A DNA stretch of 59,966 bases, the filler included, from Asterionella formosa (lineage: Eukaryota), in assembly GCA_002256025.1 (NCBI GenBank). It is 7 parts of 7 records of this genome, joined end to end, with 100 filler letters (N's around TTAATTAATTAA, not from the genome) between each part and the next. Parts side by side here need not be neighbours in the genome. Positions count along the whole stretch, not along the records: positions 25,801 to 34,280 come from NKIB01012156.1; positions 34,381 to 42,855 come from NKIB01012161.1; 5 more parts are not named here. One strand, written 5' to 3'. Under the pieces are notes generated by a model. The model worked only from the letters and a program-made list of their open reading frames with translations, was not told where the DNA came from and ran no database searches. Position numbers and translations under genes: made by a program. Position 1 is the first letter of the stretch; each line of letters opens with the position of its first letter. Shown here one piece after another: positions 26,165-36,989 of the stretch.

Positions 26165-26700
26165 TGCCAGGCTTCTAATATCAAACTACCCAAAAGTCTC
26201 TACACAGCTTCCGATACATTTGTTCTGCCCTCCCAGGTACTACTAGCTTGTTCTCTTTTCATACCCCTATCTGGCTACCCCAGAATTCCTTCCACCCATT
26301 GCAAGGATTTTATTTCATAAATTTCCCAAATGGCCATCCAATTTTACAATTTCCTTCTATCCATCGATTAGCCTTACTTGCTGTCACCCCTGTCTCCTTG
26401 ATGTTCTAACAAAGGAGTGCTTTCCCTTCTCACGACTAACATATTATCTTAGCGATCACCTGTCAGGCTTCTTATATCCAATTATCCTAAATCGCGACAC
26501 AGTTTCCGATATTTCGTTTTTGCTTTTTCTGTCCCAAGCCCCTTCTGCCTCTCTTGTTCTTGCTTATTAATGCCTTTATCAGGATTCCCCAATAATTAAT
26601 CCTGGAAATTGCCCAGGATTCTCAATTCAAAATTGTTCCAAGTGACCAAGAAGTTTAACATTGCACTTTACATCTTGATTGACTTTGTTCTTGCTTCTCG
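26165..26700. repeat. Diverged tandem duplication (~295-bp period) in a strongly pyrimidine-skewed tract
   Basis: caggcttctaatatcaaactaccc...acacagcttccgata (~26168) recurs as caggcttcttatatccaattatcc...acacagtttccgata (~26464). Confidence 0.55.
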
Positions 26701-27399
26701 GCTCTCTGTCTCCTTGATTGTTCGAAAACATTCCAAAACCTTTTAAAATTCCCATACTGGGATCCTCACACTCGCCCTCTATCTATATGGTTGTTTCTCC
26801 CAAGAACCTTCTCCCTTGCTCTATTTTCATCATGTATTCCTCAGTATCCACTCCTCATATTCGATTATTCCAATTCTTGGACTCTTACTTCAACAAAATT
26901 CTCCCACTTTGACCTTGCAATTTTCAGATTTCCTTTCCATTTCTTCAGTTCTGGCAATCCCCTCTGCTCTCCATTCCCTACACTGTTCTACACATGATTC
27001 CAAAACCCTAACAGCCTCGTAATGGGCTCCTTGCCCTTGCTCACCATCTCCACGGTTGATTTACCTCAAAACTACAACCCCTAAAAGTCCCTCAATGGAC
27101 TCACCCTCATTCGTCATTCTTTTGGGGCCCATTTGGGCCCCAGTGCGACTTCACGAACTCCATTAGATTCGAATTTCAATAAAATCGTACAACCATAAAA
27201 TTCTTATTCCACTTATACTTTGATGGATTCAAGTTTCAGTAGTGCAATAAAAAACATTAGAAGCCAGAAGTAAAATTTCATCTAATTACGGTTTTCATTT
27301 CTTTACTAGTATTGATTGAGAGGAAGCAATGGTAGAATGCCAAACGGGCGGGGGCAAACAACACAGAGGAGCCTAATTTTTCTCCCAAATGATCCCAGA

Positions 27400-28200
27400 C
27401 CCTCTTGGATGTCACTAGCTACAGAAAATGGAGAACAGCCTCCATGATCTGTTGATTGTTGCTGTATGGTGCCACTGACCAAAACCTTGTCCAGAAATCT
27501 CAATGAGCTGATTGTTTCTTGAATTGAATGCTCAAGGGATCAAAACCAGTGGAAAAAGCAAAAGGGAATTATAATTTCTCTGCAAACATCAGGACAATTT
27601 TGAAAGAGAAGGGAAGGTTGGCTGGGAGGGGAAGTAAAGAGATTATTGCTGGTCTTGCGGGCGGAACAAGAATGTATTGACCCAAACAATGTTGACAAAT
27701 AGATACTTACCGGAAAACGAAGCAATGCTTTCGGCATCATCAATCTATACACAAGCCTGCGCCACCAACTGACATCAATATAGCTACCTCAACTTCATCA
27801 ATGAAGAAAGTATGATGGGCGGAGGATGTTAGAAAAAATTGGGGTTGAGGTTTTCTTGACGCCACTGCGCTTGGCTGAACTTGCAGGTCATTGAGTAGTA
27901 CTAACCTGGGCCTGTACGACCAAAGGATAAAGAAAAATCTATGACAAGTGTGGTAAGCTAGTGTTTAGAATCAAAAGTTATCATAGCTGAACGCATACGA
28001 CAATTCGGATTGAAAATATATGATGGCATACCATGGCTGCTCTTGGCTGAAAGTTGCTTGTCAAGGCAATGTACAAACACAACAAGGGTGCACAAAAGAA
28101 AGTCTCATTGTAATCGACTGGCTGATACATAGTTTTGAGACTCACCATTCTGCAATGGGGTGGACTTTGATCATGGCTTCGTTCGAAGCACAATCAATTC
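27400..28200 (+). pseudogene. Degenerate IS630/Tc1/mariner-type transposase
   Basis: Fragments VGWEGK, LLVLR...CIDP, AFGIINLYTSL, NFINEES, LGVEVFLTP...AELAG...TWAC, YMMAYH and ETHHSA...DFDHGF appear in the expected order, with many stops and frameshifts. Confidence 0.6.
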
Positions 28201-29830
28201 GAATGATGTCCAGTAAAGCAATGCAAACAATTGTGGCGAAAAAGCGCAGAACAGATCAAGAGATTTCATAGGAATTAAAATAACAGGGCATAGATGATGT
28301 ACTGCTCCTTGTGTATATTTGATCATTTCCATATTTCATATGCAGGTGCATGGATGACTCCTCCCTTTCATTAGTAGATATGCAGGAGCCATGTTGCGAT
28401 AATTCTACAAGACCTATAGGATTGGAAGTCTGGTGGTCATCATTTCCGCATTGTATATACCAGTAGGTTCTGTACTGCATACAGGGGGGGGGGATTTGCA
28501 TTCATGAGCAACTACTCCGGTATAAAGTATGATCTTTAATCAATAAATTTTGATTCGTTTATCCTATACCTTTGATCATAACATATTGATCATATGAAAA
28601 ATGGTGTCGTTGATGAGAAAATGAAAGATAAATTTTTTTTTTCAGGAAGCAGTTACTATTGTGGTACTCCCATAATTGAAGTAATACCCAGCAAGTATAC
28701 AGTACTAGGCCATATGAATTTTTCGAATGTATATGGTCAAAATGTCTATATTCATAAATGTATGCTTTAGATCATTTGAAAAATTGGTGATGACTCCCGT
28801 TTATTAAGGGGCTTAACTAAATCAGCCACTGACTTGTAGGTACAAGAATTGACACAAAACAAATTGAAAAAATTCAACAGGTCGTGGAACGTGGAAAACT
28901 ATGAACTCATCATGCATTGTATATATTTGAATTATGCATAATAAAAATTGATGTTAGTATAAACAGGATGTGCTATATAATGACCGTGTTTAAAACTATG
29001 CAAATGTTCAACTATATATACATTTAAACTTACAAATCATTATATATACATATACATGGCTGAAACATTTGAAATCATGTTTTCATGTTCCTTGTCATGC
29101 ATACACTTTGCTCCTGAAATGAAGAATCATCACACATGATGACGCGGAAAACGAAAGTGATAATACAACACAATGATACTTGCGGCTTAGAAGGAGTGAC
29201 TGCGGAGGAATGAGCAAGTCTTTTATCATTGTCAAAGACCCTTTGTTGTCGATTAAAAACCAGTAAGAGTGATGCTTGTAACCCAAAGGTCATCCAGTTT
29301 TCTTGCTGCAGAATATGTTTGATTGACTGAAGAATCAAATGATGCCATGGTAAGAAGTAGCAGCAGCAGCAGCAGCAACAACAACAAGCGCAAGTCGTTC
29401 ACAAGTGATGACAAGCATAATTACATGAGAAGAGATAATAATTGGTGCTGTTGATCCCTCCTCCCCAAATTCGTTTCCGTTGTTGCCATTAGAGATAAAA
29501 ATGGTGTCTTTTGTTGATTAATTTTATTACATGACATATTTTAATTTTATACAATTAGTGTTGCTTAACGCTGTATCTGCAGCGATACACACAGACAAAC
29601 ATTTTGGAGCAACAAAAACCAGCAACACACCACCCGGATGTTGGAGATTCAAAAATTTGGGCTGAGCAACATTCTATAAATTTTTGAAATTTCTGTTGAG
29701 ACCTACCCTTACACTGCTCCCATCCCATGAAATCACGATAAGTATTTATATGCTTTTTGTATCGTGTTTTACATCCAGAAAATACCGGTGACATCATGGG
29801 TTGTTGGTTCTTTATTACGAGGTAGTACTA

Positions 29831-32113
29831 CCGTAAATTACATGCTCACATCTCCTCAAATGTACACACCGGCGACAGAACGATGGCGATTTTGAAATTG
29901 CCCACTTCTGTTGATCAAAAAGTCATCCTGATTGTCTTCTCCATAGTTTAAAACATACAAATGTACATAGTAAGAAGTAGCACAAGCCACATGTTAAATT
30001 TTTGAGTGACGTAAATGTCTAATCCTTTTTCTACACCAATATGATTTTGTGTAGGTTCTACAAGGTTCTGTCTTGCCAGAATTTCCGCAAGCCAACCACA
30101 TCGTGTTATTTAATTGTGCATCATGACGAAAAATTCATCACCCTCAGGCTGAAGAAAACAATTTTGGCAGAAGTGTTTTCCAAGCCAAATAACATTAAAT
30201 CATTCACAACAGCCTATTCTGTGTTAGCTACCTGAGCAGACCAGGCGATGGAGTACCATGTTTGCTTCCTTACTTGTTCCAGGAGGAGGAGACGACAGCG
30301 ATGAGGACGATGACAATCGACCAAATCGCCAGCTCTCGCAGATCTTTATTAAGAAATCAGCTCACTAAGGTAGGGTTGGAAAAAGTGTTGGTGAATTCGA
30401 AATGTTGCGGTCAACTTTTGATGGTTTGAAGCAGCACGATCGATGCTGCATCATTTGAATTCTCGCTATTCAGCTTAAAAGGGTGGCTGGGAACGATGAT
30501 CTGTCTCTTGCGGCGGCTCTGTCAAAGAGGGTCAAGCGATGGATGGTGAAAGAGGGCATTGTTCTTCGGCAAGTGACACATGTTGCTCAGAACACAAGAC
30601 TCAACCAAGCCAGAGTGCTTGATTTTGTAGCATATGCCAATCAACAGATTCAGACCTTTAGTAACAGTGTGGACCCTAGGTGCATTGTTAATTTTGATGA
30701 TACAAACATCAATCGTGACTTGTATGGATCATTAAAATTGGAGAAACATGGAGCCAGCCAGGACCATTGGAATGAAGATTTCAGGTACCTCTGGTCGTTG
30801 CACTGTGCTCTTAGGTGTCAGTCTTAGTAGAGAAAAGCTGCCTCCATTCATTGTGTTCAAGGGAACCAATGATGGACAGATAGGCAAGTAATTAGCCATT
30901 AATCCATCAGGCCAGGGCTTCTTGGGCAGACCAAGCAAACCGTCTTTTTGAATGGATTGAGCAGGTTTGGAAGCTCTGGACTCAGGGATTCTTTGTAGTA
31001 GGAGAGCCAACTTACCTGCTAATGGGCGACTTTTTGGTCCACAAAGTTGGCAAATGTGTAGATGCCATTAATATTGTGGCACTGAGGTCTACTATATAAC
31101 CCCTGGCTACACATCCCAGCTTCAAGTAGGACCATTCAAAGGCTATGTTCAGGCTGCATGGGAGCATTTTATGCTTTAAACTTAGAAAATGAAAAGTTAA
31201 GAGGCATAATGTTGCCCAATGGGTGGAGACAGCATGGGCCCAGGTAAGTGTGTCTTCGATCACAAATACCTGGGCCAGTATTGGATACAAAGCTAGTTTA
31301 CTTTAGTTATAGTCTATTTAGATAACATCTAGTGATAATAAATTTTTTATTTGTTAAATATATAATATATCATTTTCAAACTACATGTCTGAATTACAAA
31401 TGGAAAAAATTATTTGTTTTGTTGACAAGAACTAGAAATTAAATCATATGATCAGTTTCAAGTCTTAAAATGTTCAACTACTACTAGTTAAAATGTGTTG
31501 AATCTATCCTTGTTCAATCAAGATTTTTGAACCTTATTCAAAGAAGCACCATTTAGAATCCATTTACTCCTGAATTGGGATGTCATTAAAAGATTCAAAA
31601 TGAAGCCACTCCAAGGTTTTGGTTGCTTCTAGACCTCTTTGTGTGATTGTCACTTTTATCATGTAGCTCAATGATTTGAGCAAACTTGTCTTGATATCGA
31701 AATCTTTTTTTCTCCAAAGCAGCAATGTTCTTGCCCAAAACCCCGACTGCACACTACTCTGTTCCATCTCGGACAACCACAGCCTTAATCGCCATCTGCA
31801 GCTCTTTCTCCTCACCAATCTCCACCATTTTCAGCTTGAAACTAACTGTATCATTGATGCAAACATGAGCTCCACAGCATTGATGTTGCACACACCTTCG
31901 CCTATTTGTGACACCGTGTAGGCCGAGTATTTCTCCATCTCGAAGGGATGTCATTTTCATGATGGTGCCGAACAAAATGATATGACGCGTACTGGGAGCT
32001 TCTTATAATAGAAAAATAATATGTTCTATTTTCTGCACACGTAAAATACTTGGGTGTGTAGCTACACTGAGGAGACAGGAGCGTGGTGGAAGGCAGGAGC
32101 TCGGGATTTACGC
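29831..32113 (+). mobile_element. pogo-like (DDE_1) DNA transposon, degenerate, with imperfect TIRs and TA flanks; transposase relic ~30110-31290
   Basis: Contains RWMVKEGIVLRQVTHVAQ, IVNFDDTNI, RCTVLLGVSLSREKLPPFIVFKG, YLLMGDFLVH, PGYTSQLQ and VAQWVETAW...ITNTWASIG. The left end TA|CCGTAAATTACATGCTC..TCTCCTCA..TACACACC matches the reverse complement of the right end, TA|GCGTAAATCCCGAGCTC..TCTCCTCA..TACACACC. Confidence 0.82.
31564..31960 (-). pseudogene. Second, convergent ORF inside the pogo element (Cys/His cluster, possibly HIRAN-like)
   Basis: One frame with internal stops reads MTSLRDGEILGLHGVTNRRRCVQHQCCG...AIKAVVVRDGTE*CAVGVLGKNIA...KFAQIIELHDKSDNHTKRSRSNQNLGVASF*. Confidence 0.55.
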
Positions 32114-32254
32114 TACCAGGTAGAGTATTTCGTAACAACGGAACGGGCGGAGTATTCCTTGACATCGCAGGTACAAACGTTGGTGGACCACAACAAGTTC
32201 AGCAACCTCGACTGCTGGAGTAAGTTATTTTCTTCAACGTCACAATTGAAATTC

Positions 32255-33265
32255 ATGGCTCATTATTTCGTTCTATTACTTCTGATACTGATTGCTACAA
32301 TGAGCTCAACTAGCGGTTATGCTGCTCAAAGTGTCAAGGATCGCCTCAAGCCAGACACGACCGTGAAGGTGTCGTTTGGTGGACCCGACGAATCACCGCG
32401 ATTTATAATTGGATACTGGTCGATTCGTGGTTTGTGTGCACCATTACGCATGATGTTGTCGGCCGCAAAAGTGAATCATTGGGTTGTCCTTTATGATGTG
32501 GTTGAAGAAGGCGAGAGCAGCTGGAGTAAAGAGCCTTATGTCAGTGACAAGAATTGGTTGCGATTGGAATACAATCCGTTGATGAACTTACCGTTTTTAG
32601 TAATTGTTGAGAATGACGATGTTGTTTGTCAAACCAATGCCATTTTCACCTTTTTAGGACGAGGATTGAACTTCTTGGGATCGAACAAGCACGAAGAGTC
32701 GAAATGCGAAGAACTACTATGCGAACTGATGGATCTACGAAATGTTATGGTTCAATTCGCATATGGTTCTGACGGTTCGTCAGAACAGGCTTCTAAGTGT
32801 GTCCACCGAGCTAGTGACCACTTCAGAAAGCTGGAGCATCATTTGACAAGGGAATACCCCGACCTGCTTCCAGATCAGTGCAACAAGGAGTCTACTGGTG
32901 CGACACGTGTCTATTTTAAACAAGGAATTTGTCATCTCGTTGGGGGGAAATTTTCCGCCCCAGACTTTCATTTCTATGAGCTTCTAGATCAGTTTTGTGG
33001 TCTTTGCAATTTACATGGGCTCCCTGACTTCCTTGATAATTTGCCTTACGTGACAAGTTTTTACAAGGGCTTTGGGGGTCTTGAGGACAACTGCGCCTAT
33101 CGATCCTCATTCCTTTGCAACGATCTTCCCTACAACAATCCTTATGCCAAGTTTGGATCAGACCCAAAGACATTGGGCTCTTATGTCCGAAATCAGAGTG
33201 CACCCTGGCAAAGGCAAGGAGTAATTGTTCAAAATTATGGAAGTGCGCAAAGCAAAATATCTTGA
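32255..33265 (+). CDS. Glutathione S-transferase, mu-class-like, with N-terminal signal peptide
   Basis: Contains IGYWSIRGLCAPLRMML, NPLMNLPFL, CQTNAIFTFLGR and FSAPDFHFYELLDQ, behind the leader MAHYFVLLLLILIATMSSTSGYA. Confidence 0.88.
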   Translation: MAHYFVLLLLILIATMSSTSGYAAQSVKDRLKPDTTVKVSFGGPDESPRFIIGYWSIRGLCAPLRMMLSAAKVNHWVVLYDVVEEGESSWSKEPYVSDKNWLRLEYNPLMNLPFLVIVENDDVVCQTNAIFTFLGRGLNFLGSNKHEESKCEELLCELMDLRNVMVQFAYGSDGSSEQASKCVHRASDHFRKLEHHLTREYPDLLPDQCNKESTGATRVYFKQGICHLVGGKFSAPDFHFYELLDQFCGLCNLHGLPDFLDNLPYVTSFYKGFGGLEDNCAYRSSFLCNDLPYNNPYAKFGSDPKTLGSYVRNQSAPWQRQGVIVQNYGSAQSKIS

Positions 33266-33703
33266 AACTTGGACACCAATGAAATCTGTTTGGTGTTGGT
33301 TGACAGCTTTTATTGAATTGTGACATACTTGCCTCTCATACAACTTCATTAATTAGATTTGCGACGTTAAGATTTCTATCCTATCCGAGATAAAATAGAA
33401 TCGTCCGACTTGGATGACAATATTATGTCTCTGGCTCGTCGGTATGCGAATGTTTCGAGGAATACACAATAGACTTCCGGTATTTCTATAGCGCTTGATG
33501 TAGTCTAACAACACCAAGGGCGAATCTTGAATTGATCCACTACTGAAAATGTTGATTTTTTCTTACATAAATACGTACGTAATAGATTGCAGACTGAATA
33601 ACGGTTTCCCGGCTTTTAAGACGGGCGGAGAGTGTCTACCCGTTAGTATCAGGTACCAGGGTACCCTGGTACCCTACCAGTAGTTATCCTGGTACCTGGG
33701 GTA

Positions 33704-34280
33704 TGTTGAAAGGTCTCGTACTCCTTCCCGTCTGACGGGTTCCTCTTACGTAAAACTTACCTGCTATACCACTAGTATTGTTATCTTCTTTCTGCTGCTA
33801 GCCTTCGTGCTAGTTTTCGCTATTGACCTTACTCTGTCAATTCTCACTGTTTCTTAACTATAAGATTAAACTAAAACTAAGTTTCAATCCCATTCATCAC
33901 ACTTCGAGAACCTGTTCTTCGTGTTCCCTTTTCGTTGATGTAAACCTTCTTCTGATTGATCTAAGACATCAATCTCGTTAGCAAGCTTCTTGACATGGGA
34001 ACGCACCATTTGACTCATTGGACTATAGTCGAGTCCACAGTCCTTGTGACTCATTATAGCCATTGATGCTATATTCTTGACATCCTCCTCGTTACCATGT
34101 TCAAGAAGTTCTAAAATTGTACCACTCAGCACGGGTCCAGATAACCTTGTAAAAATCTGCTCTTTGACATTCTTCGTCAAAATGTCTGCTGGATTGTTTT
34201 CTGATCTTAGAAAAACAATATGCAACTCACCCTCATCTATCATGTTCTTGACATGATGAAACTTAATATCAATGTGTTTT
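33704..34280 (-). mobile_element. Ty1/Copia retrotransposon 3' end: RNase H, polypurine tract and 3' LTR (33704-34082)
   Basis: KHIDIKFHHVK...LRSENNPADILTK is the Copia RNase H signature. The PPT AACGAGGAGGA lies directly before TGTCAAG. The LTR is near-identical to 8776-9154. Confidence 0.95.
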
Positions 34281-34545
34281 NNNNNNNNNNNNNNNNNNNN
34301 NNNNNNNNNNNNNNNNNNNNNNNNTTAATTAATTAANNNNNNNNNNNNNNNNNNNNNNNNNNNNNNNNNNNNNNNNNNNNCATTTTTCCGAAAGTCAAAA
34401 TTGTTCCGCTGGCTACGGAGGTGACCCGATATAACTATTATAAACTGCTGGCATTTATGTACAGTAGATAAGTTTTATGTATATATGCATACTATACACA
34501 ATAATATCGACTGTCAACTAATGAAGATTATGCTATACCAGTGCT

Positions 34546-34848
34546 CTACAGGCCAACGCCCTGACGGGTAGGGCAGACCGAGTACTGGTCAAGACTGGGG
34601 CTGCACACAGTTTTTTAATGAGTGAAAGTTTCACACTACCTCGCCCAGGTGAAGGGGCGGGGTGCACCACTGGACACCAGGTCATTAATGGATGACGGGA
34701 TGCCTCAAAAACATCCCTGAATACGTGAACTGGTGGGAGGAGTTCGAATCCTCCCATGATGCCCCCCAAGCACCCCACATCGATAGGACAGGCGGGCAAA
34801 GCGGCCGGATAGGTTTTCTCCTGGCGTCTTGGAACAGCAAAAAACTGA
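34546..34848 (+). mobile_element. 303-bp GC-rich, highly structured non-coding insertion with 12-bp TSD (putative non-autonomous retroposon; strand inferred from the A-rich end)
   Basis: TATACCAGTGCT is duplicated at 34534-34545 and 34849-34860. The insert has many hairpins, an A-rich 3' end, no TIRs and no recognisable protein. Confidence 0.75.
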
Positions 34849-35019
34849 TATACCAGTGCTTATGTTCTATATATATATACCGGGGGGTATATCGGCTGTT
34901 GACTACTTGCTTACATAGTATAATGAGGACCAGAGGTCGAAGAAAGTAAACTGGAAAGCAGTACTGCTGTATACTGCAGTATTGGATACTGAGACTGCTC
35001 CAGACGCAGTATCAGTATA

Positions 35020-35113
35020 CCAGCAAGTTGCGGTCATTTTGCTTAAATAAGCAATTTAATATGGGAAAAGATAGCTAAATATTTAGTTTCAGCACAATTA
35101 CCGCAACTTGCAG
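35020..35113. mobile_element. Very small MITE with TIR CCAGCAAGTTGCGG; related single ends near 38852, 39064 and 43867
   Basis: TA|CCAGCAAGTTGCGGTCATT...AATTACCGCAACTTGCAG|TA. The same terminus precedes the pogo-like relic at 39064. Confidence 0.65.
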
Positions 35114-35866
35114 TACCTGTATACTGGTATTCTATATTTGTTTCCAAATGCCATACCAGTAGCTATTATTCTAAAATTTGCCAGTTTACTCGTCTAGCTT
35201 GCCAGTAAACTGCTACTATCATGTAGGAATCTCAAAAAAAAATCCGGCATGTCTTTTAAAAGCATTGTAGAGCGAAATCCCTGTTCATAGTTAGTATAAG
35301 GCTAGCAAAAACAAAATGAAAAAACAAAGCTATGTAGTATGCATTAAGCGCAAAATCACATCATCAATTTTGTATATTGCTTTATTATAACTGCCATGAT
35401 TGCCTGCGTCATCTTTAGTTTTCATAGGCTGAAAGAATGAGTGAGTGAGAATGAGAATACTGCTTTGTCAGCAGAATCAGTATACTGGTATACTGTCCTT
35501 TCAATATCGAAATACTCAACTGTATGCCAAGTTAATATGGTGTATCAATATGCTGTATTTCACTAAAAACATCCCACAGTATTTCTTCAGTACAATGTCA
35601 CTGACCTATTTCACAATAAATTCTTTTTGCGGCATTGTTATAAGCTAATATATACCTTGCTTGAGATCTTTTGCTTTAATTAATCATTTTTCCTTTAGTT
35701 GTCAAAGCATCCAAATATAAACAAAAGAAACTATCCTAGCACTATCACAGCAATCCTACTAGCACTAATAAGCGCCCCCTCTCACCATGGAGGCGATGTA
35801 TATTTACAGCGGCAATCAAATCAGACCACTCTTGCTACCAAATCACTACACTGTATGACATAAGCT

Positions 35867-36110
35867 ACAAACACATGAAAGAATGAACAGAAACATCAAG
35901 AAACTCAAGGAGCTGGACAAAAATGACTGAAGCACAACAACATGTATCATTCAATTGAAAAGCGCATTTGTCGATGTTCTGGCATCAGAATCCGGTCTGC
36001 ACTGGCGCTTTGAGCTACATCAAAACTACAGCGTACACAATGAGCAACAAACACATGAAAGAATGAACAGAAACAACAAGAAACTCAAGGAGCTACAAAA
36101 ATGATTGAAT
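35867..36110. repeat. Direct repeat, ~60-bp conserved block at 180-bp spacing
   Basis: ACAAACACATGAAAGAATGAACAGAAAC(AT/AA)CAAGAAACTCAAGGAGCT occurs at ~35867 and ~36047. Confidence 0.8.
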
Positions 36111-36989
36111 TACAACACCTTTTTAAATACCTAATATGCATCATGTTGCCCATTTCAGCAAAATTACCACATTTTACTGGTTTTGCCACTATGATTTAGT
36201 TGTTGTGAGCAACTAGAGGAATCCTGTATCAGCCAGTTCCTGAATTTCATGTAGATGATGGGAAAAACCTAAAATGACCCTCAGGAATGACAGTTTATGT
36301 AAACTAGCTAAAATTCCCAACCTTGTTCTGTTTTTTCCAAAATTGACTGTTCCTCTCTTTCTCACATCATTACTAGACTACCTGTTAAGTTTCAATTTAG
36401 CTGCTTCACACATAGAGTATTGCTAGATGCTCAGCTGCTACAGCTGGGATGTTTCAGATTTGTAACTACAGTAATTTGACTTTGGTTCCTCAAGAAGTTG
36501 TTTTGTGCTATGAGGTTTGACGTGGTATATTTTTAGATATAGGTTAAACCAGTTTTTAAGTGGCATTATTTAGTCATTCTGAAGAATAAGAGACAGTGAA
36601 CAGTTCTCAGTGCTACTGGAGCTGGGTCGGGCAATTCGAAGAGTTTGGAGCATATTCGTGGAAAAGTGACCTAATAAAAGGAAAGTCAAAAAGAGTAAAT
36701 CATGTTTTTTCCACTCCATATTGCAACTGACGCAATGGCTGCAGGTTTTCAATGTCAATAACCATTTCACATGGTACCAATATGTAGTGATGAAATGAGT
36801 TGTAGCCTTATTTGACTATTGGCTCGCATTTACAAACTTCCATTACCTCGCTGATGTTTAAGGCAACACAGATGCTAACAAATATAGTTCGCTCTCGCTC
36901 TAGATATTCAAGCATAAAAGATTGTTTCACCCACAAGATGAATGAAGTGGTAAATCCCATTTCTAAACATGCCATTGTGTGTTGTGACG

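Noticed and set aside
34725..34780. tRNA or tmRNA gene suggested by GTTCGAATC
   Set aside because: The stem is 8 bp, there is no cloverleaf spacing, and it lies inside a TSD-flanked insertion.
34546..34848. SRP RNA, RNase P/MRP, TPP riboswitch or canonical hammerhead
   Set aside because: The length fits SRP RNA, but I could not find the conserved cores of any of these by eye on either strand.
35867..36110. CRISPR-like repeat-spacer array
   Set aside because: There are only two long copies, the context is eukaryotic and no cas genes are present.
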